26,552 bases of DNA from a virus (Duplodnaviria > Caudoviricetes): positions 1-26,552 of the IMG/VR virus record IMGVR_UViG_3300048598_000128; one strand, 5' to 3'. The notes below the pieces were generated by a model. The model saw only the letters and a program-made list of their open reading frames with translations. It was not told the origin of the DNA and did not search any database. Positions 7,946 to 17,500 of the stretch are shown in pieces. The first letter of the stretch is position 1; every line of letters begins with the position of its first letter. The translations under genes and the position numbers were made by a program.

Positions 7946-8478
7946 TTCACCCCCGCGAGGACGCCGATGGTTTCTCCGCTGGTCCTAAGCGTATCGTTCA
8001 GGTCGCGTCGAACTCGCCAGCCAATGTCGAGCTTGTACCGTCCATCACGCACCGCGAATCCGGCCCGCTTCGCCATAAGGGGAGTTGAGGCTGGTGTCGG
8101 CAAAACCGCGATAATAGCCGCCGCCGCAAGGTTCGCCGTCAGCACCGCTGCGTTCAATGCAGTCGAATTGCTGGAAATGGACAGGGTTCCGAGATTCACG
8201 AGCGAGTTTCTGATTTGCTCGACCTGTGCAGCCGTAACCGATCCCGTCGAAAAGTAAGTTGCGCCGGTCGCGGCGATTGTTGCGCCGGTAGCGGTCCACG
8301 CCTTGATCTTGGCCACTTGGGCGCTGTCCATACTGGTCGCGGAGCTGGCGAGCGCGTTCGCCACGGCATTAGCGCAGGTCGCGAACGTTTTCAGGTTCGA
8401 AGCGATTTGAGACGAGCTGCACGCCACGAGGACAATGCAGAGAATGAGCGCGAGAGCACACAACGAAATGCGTTTCAT
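7942..8478 (-). CDS. Lipoprotein (178 aa), spanin candidate
   Basis: MKRISLCALALILCIVLVA-C lipobox followed by SSS. Later hydrophobic segment AAVLTANLAAAAIIAVL. GTGA overlap with the peptidase gene. Confidence 0.7.
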   Translation of the reverse strand: MKRISLCALALILCIVLVACSSSQIASNLKTFATCANAVANALASSATSMDSAQVAKIKAWTATGATIAATGATYFSTGSVTAAQVEQIRNSLVNLGTLSISSNSTALNAAVLTANLAAAAIIAVLPTPASTPLMAKRAGFAVRDGRYKLDIGWRVRRDLNDTLRTSGETIGVLAGVK

Positions 8479-8516
8479 TTTTAGCCTTTCTGTGTTGTTT
8501 CTGAAAATGTCGAGCC

Positions 8517-8996
8517 TTAATAGGGTTTGCCGTGAAGCATCTTCCACAGCCCGCCCGGAGAGACGCGCCAGGAGTCGACTCCCGGAAACCAACCAGCCGC
8601 CTGGCAGACCCGGACGACGGCTTCAGAGCAGAACAGGCGGCGCGCGTCCTGCTCGCCAAAGGGCAGGACGAATCCGAGGATGCCCAGCCAGTCATAGCAC
8701 TGGCCGGTCAGGGAAAGCGCGGCGTCGCGGATGGCCTGCGCCTGGGCGGTGCTGAGCGACCAGTCCAGGTCCACAATGTCCCACTGGCCGACGGCCAGAT
8801 AGATGGGCTTCCAGCGCGCGCCGCCATCGCGCGGCGACGAGCTGAAGCACATCCACCAGGCGGGATCGGAGGTGTCGAGCGGGCTCACGGCCAGCTCGAC
8901 GTGAGAGTACGGGCAGCCCGTCCACCAGCGGATAAGCCGATCAAAGAGGCTACCATTCCCAGAAGAAGAAACACCCTTATAAAATGCGATTTTCAC
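8517..8996 (-). CDS. Permuted papain-like (NlpC/P60, YiiX/PPPDE-type) amidase/peptidase
   Basis: His precedes Cys: YSHVEL...YDWLG...LFCSE.V...SPG.L. Confidence 0.82.
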   Translation of the reverse strand: MKIAFYKGVSSSGNGSLFDRLIRWWTGCPYSHVELAVSPLDTSDPAWWMCFSSSPRDGGARWKPIYLAVGQWDIVDLDWSLSTAQAQAIRDAALSLTGQCYDWLGILGFVLPFGEQDARRLFCSEAVVRVCQAAGWFPGVDSWRVSPGGLWKMLHGKPY

Positions 8997-9009
8997 TACC
9001 GCCTCCCCG

Positions 9010-9642
9010 TCAATTGGAATCGACGATCGTCGTCATCCGCGCCCCTCCGGTGGAGTACGTGATGGCCATAGATGGATAGGGTGATGTGGAAAAATTCACC
9101 TGGTTAATGCTGGTCGGAACGGCCGACGAACAACGGAGATTGAATCGCAGGTAAGTGGTCCCGGTTTTGTTGATGTGGGCGTTCGGGTTGAGCAGCGGAA
9201 TAGTGACCGCCGTGTTCACGGTCCAGCTGCTCAGTAGTTGAGCGCCGAACGCCGTTTCATACCCACTGGAGGCGTCCTTGACCCAGGCGGTGTAATTGTA
9301 AGTGTCTGTATACCAGTCGGAAATGACCGCGCAGGTCATGTTATTCGCTATGGCCGTTGGCGTCAGCGTGATGCTGGCGGACAAGACGTTGGCAGCCGCC
9401 GTCAACCCGGACGTGTCGAACGGGATGACGACATTTTCAACAGTGTATTGCGGGTAGGTCGCCTGATAAGTGCGGATCAAAGACAGCGTATTTTGATAGA
9501 AGCTGTTGGACGAAAGCGCCGCGTAGCTGGATTGGGACGACACGGGCGCGATACATGACGTGGGCGTCACAGTGAGGCTGGCAGCCAGCAGCGCCACCAC
9601 CAACAGAGGAACCGCCGCCACAACCTTCGCGCTGGTCCGCAT
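9010..9642 (-). CDS. Signal-peptide-bearing beta-sandwich protein (DNRLRE/CBM-like)
   Basis: MRTSAKVVAAVPLLVVALLAAS signal. FDTSGL....VLSASITLT and P.M.ITY motifs. Confidence 0.6.
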   Translation of the reverse strand: MRTSAKVVAAVPLLVVALLAASLTVTPTSCIAPVSSQSSYAALSSNSFYQNTLSLIRTYQATYPQYTVENVVIPFDTSGLTAAANVLSASITLTPTAIANNMTCAVISDWYTDTYNYTAWVKDASSGYETAFGAQLLSSWTVNTAVTIPLLNPNAHINKTGTTYLRFNLRCSSAVPTSINQVNFSTSPYPSMAITYSTGGARMTTIVDSN

Positions 9643-10440
9643 CTAGTAAGCCCTCGTGTACGTAATAGTCACCGCTACCGCCGTCACAGCCGAGACAGAA
9701 GCCAGAGTGAAACCCATCCCCTCGGAGGCCTTGGTAATGGTGCTGTAGCTGGAGTTCATCGACGTCGTAGGAGCCCCCGCGTAGGTGCAGGCCAGGACGG
9801 CGCTGGTCATGAGGTTCCCGCTGGAGTCGATCAGCGAGAAATTGACCGTGGCTCCGGACGGGATTGTTTTGCAGCGCACGCCCGTAACGGTGATGCTGTA
9901 GGCCGTGGCGTAGAAAAACTCCGGCACGGTCAGAGCCGTGACCACGTTGACGCCATCGCCCCACACGAAGCTCATCTGGTGCGGCTGAGACGCGGCCAGC
10001 GCCGCGTAGCCCAGCGCCAGCGTGGTCTGGCCGGTTCCTCCGTTGGCCGGCGCCACTACTCCCGTCACGTTTCCGGCCGTTGTTGCCGTGGTAGCGTTTC
10101 CGCTCAGCGCGGCCGTCACGGTCCCGGCGCTGAAGTTGCCCGAGGAGTCGCGCTGAACCACCGCGCTGGCCGTGTTGGTGCTGGCGAAGGTGGGCTTGTT
10201 GGTGATGGTCGACCAGTCGATTGCGCTGGCCGCAATGTCGCCCGGCGTCCAGGTTGAGGTGGTGGAGTTCCACAGAAGGGCCTGGCCGTTGGTCGGGGCC
10301 GTGCTGGATACGGTTCGGCCCTGGATCTTGGCCACAGTGGGCCCTGGTAGATTTCCGGCGAGGTCGCCCCCGGCGGGCACCTGGCCAAAGACAGCGCCAG
10401 CCAGCAGCGCGACGAGACACACGCGAAAAGGTGTTTTCAT
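9643..10440 (-). CDS. Signal-peptide-bearing tail-fibre-like protein (265 aa)
   Basis: ATG 10440 (ATGA overlap). Signal MKTPFRVCLVALLAGAVFG-Q. Fibre motifs AGGDLAG..PGPTVAKIQG, APTNGQALLWN, VQRDSSGNFSAGTVTAAL.GNA.TAT, ANGGTG. Confidence 0.72.
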   Translation of the reverse strand: MKTPFRVCLVALLAGAVFGQVPAGGDLAGNLPGPTVAKIQGRTVSSTAPTNGQALLWNSTTSTWTPGDIAASAIDWSTITNKPTFASTNTASAVVQRDSSGNFSAGTVTAALSGNATTATTAGNVTGVVAPANGGTGQTTLALGYAALAASQPHQMSFVWGDGVNVVTALTVPEFFYATAYSITVTGVRCKTIPSGATVNFSLIDSSGNLMTSAVLACTYAGAPTTSMNSSYSTITKASEGMGFTLASVSAVTAVAVTITYTRAY

Positions 10441-10778
10441 AATCCGATCACTCCGTACGGTTTCCAAGTCGTCCCGCCCAGGCAGATCCACCCGAGATTC
10501 CCGCCTGCCACAGGCGTGGAGATCCGGACGATGTCGTTAATCGTTCCGGAGGTCGTCGGGATGGTGTCTGAATAAACGATGGCCGCATTGGACAGGGCCA
10601 CCAATTCCCAGCCTGTGTTGGCGGCGTTGCGGCGCAGGAAGTAGCCGCCTGTACTTGTGGTGTCCGGCGCCGGGATGCAAGCGGCCAGCGCAGAGTTCAG
10701 CGCGTCAAAATTGGCGTTGATGACGGCTCGGCTGTCCATCAAAACGTCAGTCGTCTGAATCGTTGTGAGGTTTGCCAT
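10437..10778 (-). CDS. Short fibre-like protein (113 aa)
   Basis: SRAVINANFDALN N-terminus, LRRNAANTGWE, and DIV....P..GG..GWIC....WK.YG C-terminus. TAATG coupling. Confidence 0.65.
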   Translation of the reverse strand: MANLTTIQTTDVLMDSRAVINANFDALNSALAACIPAPDTTSTGGYFLRRNAANTGWELVALSNAAIVYSDTIPTTSGTINDIVRISTPVAGGNLGWICLGGTTWKPYGVIGL

Positions 10779-11011
10779 TAGATTGCCCTCCCCGGCATCA
10801 CGCGACGGCGCCGAAACATGGGAACCGCGCGGGTTGTCGCTGTCTCCGGCTCGGTTGGCACCACAGTGGCCCCCCAGGTGAACTTGGCATCGGCCCAGGT
10901 AATCGCGGCATCACGCCATGGAGTCAGCCGCGTGACACCCAGCCAGGCAAACGTGGCCGCTGCCCAAGTAACCAGCGCGTCCGCCCAGGTGGTGTTTGCT
11001 GAAACAGCCAT
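10778..11011 (-). CDS. Small Trp-repeat protein (77 aa)
   Basis: TWADALVTWAAATFAW and PWRDAAITWADAKFTW. Basic C-terminus. Tightly coupled to neighbours. Confidence 0.6.
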   Translation of the reverse strand: MAVSANTTWADALVTWAAATFAWLGVTRLTPWRDAAITWADAKFTWGATVVPTEPETATTRAVPMFRRRRVMPGRAI

Positions 11012-11015
11012 GACC

Positions 11016-11327
11016 CTACGCGCCGGCCGCCGTAATCACCTGCTGCACCTGAGCCGAGATCAGATTGAGCTGGTTCAGCTTCTCCGTCTCTCCCGCATAG
11101 AGGAACAGCGGAGGGGCCAGGATGCGCTTCGTTATCGTGTCGGCCAGGTAGGCTGGCACGCTGCCGTTGTACTGGTTGCTGGCGACTCCAGCGCCACCGG
11201 GGCTCCCGCTCGCCGAGTATACGGTGAACGTGTCCACGTGCGCCTGCATGGCCACCTGGACGATGTCGGTCAGGGAGAGCGAAACGGGCGCGGAGCCGTC
11301 CTGCAAGATGTTGAGGGTGATAGCCAT
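11016..11327 (-). CDS. Hypothetical phage protein (103 aa)
   Basis: RBS GGAGG. 4-nt gaps to both neighbours. Confidence 0.65.
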   Translation of the reverse strand: MAITLNILQDGSAPVSLSLTDIVQVAMQAHVDTFTVYSASGSPGGAGVASNQYNGSVPAYLADTITKRILAPPLFLYAGETEKLNQLNLISAQVQQVITAAGA

Positions 11328-11331
11328 GGCG

Positions 11332-11550
11332 CTATTCGCCCGCCTCCCGCGGCTTTGTAGGAGGCAGCGGGACCAGCGCGGTGCAATCCGGAGATATTCC
11401 GTGCTCTCCCTTCAGTCCGCGCTCCTCAAGCATCCCTTCCACTAGCGCTCCCAGCGCCAGTTCATATGGCGCGATCTTGGCGCGAAGCCGCCGAATCGCC
11501 CGCGTTTCCATCTCATTTAGCTGGATTTTTCCAGCGGTTTGGTTTTCCAT
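11332..11550 (-). CDS. Small hypothetical protein (72 aa), possible fibre chaperone
   Basis: ATG 11550, 1 nt after the stop of the 2038-aa gene. GGAG at 11557-11560. Helical N-terminal half. Confidence 0.6.
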   Translation of the reverse strand: MENQTAGKIQLNEMETRAIRRLRAKIAPYELALGALVEGMLEERGLKGEHGISPDCTALVPLPPTKPREAGE

Positions 11551-11551
11551 G

Positions 11552-14500
11552 CTATGCTCCAAACGCTCCATGCACCATTAAAAAATCGATAATCGCGTTG
11601 GCGACCTGCGCGCATTGGGCCGCAGTGGCCGTGCTGGAAACCAGATGGCCGACCATGCGATCAGCCGGAGTATAGGCGCCCCACCCGGTCTGGCGCGCGC
11701 CCAGCACCTGGAGCCCTGAGCCGTCAAAGTACCGCGTAGCCTTAACGCTTTCGGTGTTTCCGTCGAGCAACACCGAAACTGCGGTCCCAGTCGATCCATA
11801 TACCCTGATTTGCTGATTTCTCCCGTCCAGGATGGCCACCGCGGTCCCGTCTGGTCGGCAAGCCGCCACTAGGCCGCCGGCGGCGCCGTCTCCATATTCG
11901 GTTACTGCTACGCATCCGTTTGTTCCGATGCAGGCCAAACCGCCTGCGGTCACAATGGTGCGCTGGACCGTCGAGATGTTCTGTACGATCACCCCCGCAT
12001 ATGCCCCATAAACCGAATCCACCGTATTTTCGATGGCCACCCTGACGCCGTGCAGTTCCAGCACGAAGGTGGTGCCCTTGATGTAGGAGCTTCCGGCCGA
12101 ATTCATATAGATCAACGCCGACGATGGATCGGTTCCACCGGCGCGGAATTCGCCGGCCCAAACGCCGAAGTAGGAGCCCTGTTCGCCCATCCAGGCGCGC
12201 AGCTCGTTCTCGGCGTTGTATACGGCTATCTGGCCGTTGGCTGCACCACCGAACGAAGCAGCATAGGTGCCGCTGCCGCCGCCCACGCGCAGGACTGAGC
12301 CAACGTACAGCTTGCTGGCGGCAATGGAATTCAGCACCAGGGACGCGTTGTTGATGGTGAACTCGTCCGTGCTGAAACCTGTGGCATAGCCCAGGTCCAC
12401 CGCCATCTGAATCAGCGTGCAAACATCGATCAGCGCATATCCGGCCGTGGCTCCGGCCGTGGTCATGAACGGGAAATAGCGCACGGTGGCCGTTCCGCTC
12501 GGCGCCGTGCTCGTGAGGGTGTATTGCCGCCAGGAGCCGTCCGCCGTCACCGTGGCCTGGGTCTCCTTCAGCACCGAACTGGACGAATCCAGAAACTGAA
12601 GCACGGCATAGGCCGTGCCCGTGATAGTGGATTTCACCCAAGCAGAGGCGCGCGCCGTCTGGCCGGGAAGCCAGGCAACCGTCTGATACGGCCCGTTGGC
12701 GTTGGCCCCATCAGCCGTCACGCGGCAGGATGGAGATTCACCATAATAGTCGGTGGTGTCCGCCGTGGTTTTCGCGGCAGCACCCGCGATGGTCCATCCG
12801 GCCACGCCATATTTGTAGTCTCCATTCGCCAAACCGGAACGCACCAGACTGGCCAGCTGGTTGGCGTTGTCGATGGTCAGGCCGGAGCCCACCTGGAGGG
12901 CCACGTCTCCCGAGGAGTCCACGTCCAGCCCAGATCCGGTGGAGACGGCGAGTTTGCCATCCGCGACGGCCAGCCCAAACAGCGAGGAGGCCTTGGCAGC
13001 CGACAGGTCCAACCCTAAGGAGGCGGGAATGGTGACGTTGACGTAAACCACACCATCGTCGTTCACTACGTCCCGGCAGTCCACCGGCCGGAAGCGGTAG
13101 GTCCAGAATTCGTCGTTCGACGGCTGTTTGATGTCCTTGGCGATGAACGGGCTAGCCTCGCAGTAGTCCCCGTTTTCCGCGTAGGTGGCGCCTTCCACGG
13201 CGGTATAGAGCGAGTCGGCGCGCCGGATGCGCCCGATCATCATGTAGTGGTAATCCGCGCTGGCGGCCTCAGTCCAGGCAAACGCCAGGTCGAAATAGGC
13301 CGCGCCGTCCGCCGTGTGGATGTTCTGGACGGTCACCGCGCAGCCCGTGGGGGCTGGAGGCTTGCCCCAGGGCGCAATGTCAACATGCGCGACGGGACAA
13401 GCGGACGTCAGCGGATTCCAGACTCCAGCCGCCGCGTTATCCGAAACCAGAGCCATGAAGACTCGCGCGCCGGCCTGGGGCCGCTTTCGCCAATTGTCGA
13501 TCGCGGTGCCCGCGACCGCGAATTCACCGGAGTAATCGGTCAGGGCGGGCGTGCCGGTGTAGCCGTAGGCTTTCTCGGCCACCCACACGCTGATGGTGTC
13601 GGCGCCAGCGGGCATTTCGAACGATCCCACCACCTCCGCATAGGGATCGCCTTCGGCGCTGTTGGAATAGGCTTTCACCGACAGCGCGAACGATGCCGGG
13701 ACCACTGTCGGAACCCCGGATGAACTGGCCGGAATAATCCCCGGCGTGGTCGTCGTTACCCAGTTTCCGGCTGTGCCGTAGGCGTTTACCGCTCGCACGC
13801 GGACGCTGACCGACTGCTCGACCGTGCCCTTCGAGAACAATCCGAAGAGCTTGGAGGATGCGCCCTTGAGCGCCTCTCCGAGGTCCATCCAGCCGGAATC
13901 GTATCCCGTCGCCGTGTAGTCGGCTTGAAATTCGTATTTCGCCGTCGTCCCAATGTCAGAGGCTGCGGAAATGGTCACCGTCAGCGAGAACTTCGTTACG
14001 TCCGAGGCGTCGCTTGCCACTGCCACCGCCACAGATCCGGGATCGGGCGGAGCCACATCAGAAGTCCCGACGCCGTATCCGGCGTGCCCGGACAGATACA
14101 CCTCGCGCGTGGGGTTGAGATAGTAGAAGCTCTCGGCGTCGCCGCCGTCCAACGTGGCGGCCTCCACCAGCAACACGTCGCCGGTGTGGTTGGCCGCCTG
14201 GATGCTGAGCGTGACGTCGGCTTCCGGGTCGGTGTTCTCGATGCTGCTGGTGGTGGAGGAATACAGCCACTCGGAGTCCTCAACGATGAAACGGCTGGTG
14301 GCGTCCAGAGTAGTCACAAAGGAAGCCGAGATCGTCGCCGCGGTATTCGAGGTGATCTGGACGAGCTGTCCGGCGCCAGTGCCGGCGAACACGCGCAGCA
14401 TCTTGCCCTTTAAGGCGTTCATGGCCAGCGCCAGGGCTGGATCGGTAACGCTTCCAGAATTGGCCGTGGACGGCTTGCAGCGGATCACCAGCGTGTCGCC

Positions 14501-17500
14501 AGTGGCCATACCCAGGACAACCGGGGAGGGCGCGCCGGAGGCTAGCGTGAGCACCGCGGCCGTGTTGGACGCGATCCTGAAGTTCGCGATGGGCACAGTG
14601 GCCCCGGACACATAGCCGATAAGCGAGCAGTCGTATCCGGCGAACGCATTCGCGGTCCACGCCGCGCCAGAAAGCGCGATGGTGGTGGCGGTCACCGCGC
14701 TCACCTGGCCCTGCCAGACCCCGCTCATTGCGACGCGCTTGGCGCGCACGAGCAGGCGGTCGAACTCTCCGTCCGGCGCGCCGAGGTCCGCGCGGCGCCA
14801 GGCGGTGAGGGTAATGCTCGCCGGCTTCCCGCTTCCCTCGGCCTGCCAGCACATTGCACTCGGATCGGTCCCGGCGTAAACCGCATACCCGGCGGCGGCC
14901 GTGGTCCAGTTGAGTCCCGAGACGGTCGCGGTGTTGGTGGACGTGCCGGATGGGATGACTACAGAGCAGAGGCCGCTCATTTTCGTCCGGAAGCCGTCCG
15001 CGTCGATCGACGAGATACCCACCCAGAGGGTGAGTCCTCCCGGAATGGTCCCGCCAGTGTTTGCGGTGGTGCCCTGCAATGGCACCATCGGCGGCCGAAG
15101 CGAACTTGAGAACGAGTTAACCGGGAGATTGCCGGTCACCGAGATCACGGCTGTGGAGCTGCCGTCTGCCTTCTCTTCGTAGCTCTGTCCCACACCGAAC
15201 GTCTTTCGCGTGGTGTCGAAGATCGAGTCTCCCGAGGGAGGCGCCTCGTATCCGGGGTTCCAAGGGAAAGCTGGCCGGCTCAGGGTGTCGTGGAGCGTGC
15301 CGCTGGTGGTTTCCGTGGTGCCCTGCCCATAGGCATCGGTGCACCATTCGTCCTTGAAGAAATACCCGGTGAGCGTGACGGTGCGGAAATTTGCGGCTGG
15401 CTGAACCTGAATCAGCCGGACCATCTGCTTCGACAGCCCCCACTTGAGGCTCGACAAAATGACGATTTGCCCGATTTGGAGGTAGATGGACTGGAAGCTG
15501 GTCTTCCAGGTGAAAATCATCGTTCCGCGCGTGTCGCCATACGCGTTACCCCGGAAGTTCTTCGCGAACTGGGGCTTGATGATGCGTCGCGCGTGGTCGT
15601 AACTCTGCACGCCGTCGACCGTGAAGCTTTGCTCGACCTCGCGGCCGGCTCGGGTCAAATCCTCGGTATCGTAGACGCTCGCCGTATCCGAGACATAGGT
15701 GTTGTCCTTGTCCTGAAACGCAACCGTGATCCGGTTGGGGGAATCGGAAATGGAGTTCTGGTCGAGTTCGAGCGTGCTCTCGTCGTCTTCGACCAGGATG
15801 TTCGACTCGTCGAAGTGGTAGGCCGGATAGCCGTTGGCGGCAGTCCCATCGGCCAGCACCGAGGCGATGGGCTCGTTGTAGTTGGATCCCGTTACCGGGC
15901 TCGGCTGCTGCTCGGCCAGCGTCTGCTCGATCTCGAGCGTGAGTTTTCCGTTGTTGGGCCGGTTGGGGCAGAGGATTCCGCGGAATCCGTTCCGATGGGC
16001 GCGCAGCGCCTCGGCCACGGATCGGCGCCGCGTCATGTTCGACGACCCGTGGAATCGGTAGCCGGTCTGAGCGGTCCCGGTCGTGTCTGTGTAGTGGAGC
16101 AAGGCGTCGCACTTCTTCGCTGAGAGGCAGAGCCGCTCCATGTCGAAGTTGTCGATGGTCACGCCGGCGCGCGAGCACATGTCGATGTGCTGCCAGACCA
16201 TATTCTCGCTGTAGATCTTGCAGCTGAAATAGCCGCCTGTTCCGCTGCCTGTGACGCTGCCGCAGGCGAATGAAGCCGTGGTGTTCGTGAAGTCGGTCAG
16301 GCATCCCCACGTTCCATTGAGCGCGGAGAGCGAGCACCCGGAAATCGACACTTTGAGATTGGTGTCGTTCGAGGCGATGTCCACGTTGGTCCCGTCGAAG
16401 GTCACCCGAGCGGTCCCGTTGGCGGCCACGACACTCGCGATGGCGTGATAGACCCGGATTTTCGGGCCCTTGACCAGAACCTGGACGTCCGGCGTGGATC
16501 CCGACGAGACCAGGCGCTTCGGTACGCGGACGTGGATCACGCACATTGAGCCGTATGGCTCGGACTTCCCGTCGTAGAACGTGTCCTTGTTCTGCGTTCC
16601 GCGCCGCCCGCCCTGGTTCAGGTAGTTCCAGAATCCGGCGACTGTGCTGCCGCCCTGGCCGCTCTGGGGGATCTGAACGTCGTTAACGATCACTCGGGTA
16701 ATCGAGTTGATCTCGCCCGAGCAGATGAGCACCTCGAAGGCCGTCAGGTTGCCATCGCCGACGACATTTAGGATCTTCGGAGTAACCCACTGCGTTCCGT
16801 AGAGCAGCGGAACCACGTCGCCGTATTTGGCCTTGCAGTCGCTGTTTTCGCCGTCGAGCCATTCGTTCTCGACGTATCCCTTTGAGTGCCAGGTGTCGGC
16901 CGGTTCCCAGGTGGACCCGCTGAAATTGCCGGTATGGCGCCCGGCATTGTCGATGTCGATCAGCCCGGAGCTGGTATTACCCAGGCGAAGCAGGCAGTCG
17001 GCGCGAGTATAGGCGCAACTGGTATAGGGCGTGGTCCCGGTTTCGTAGTTGCCACGCGCTTCGTCCCCGCCGGCGTCCGGAGAGTAGCCGCACGGGAAGA
17101 AATTGGAATCCTCGTCGCCATAGGCGGCTTCATGCCGTTCAGCGGCCGTAGTCGGGAAGATCCACCGGCAGCGCTTCTGAATCAACTCGACAGGGATCTT
17201 TTCTTTGGTCAGGTCGAGGATCGAAGTCGCCGTGACCGAGAGCGTCGATTCATCAGCCTTCGGAGCCGAGCAGGTTCCGATGAACGGAACCATGGCGTCG
17301 GTTGAGAACTGGTCTGTCCCGACGTTCCAGAACACGAACCGCAGGACCAGCGTGGCCCCTTTGAATCCCAGCCCCTCGGCCTGCTCGCAGGTCAGCATCA
17401 GGTTGCTGTCCGCGTCGGCGAGCTTCAGGGTCACCGACGGCGTGCGGTCCACGCCCTGATCAGAAAGCGCCTGCGTAGCCGCGATGTTCTGGTTCAGAAT

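Noticed and set aside
7115-8257. 380-aa + strand ORF
   Set aside because: Antisense shadow of the C1A peptidase and lipoprotein genes in high-GC DNA; no motifs.
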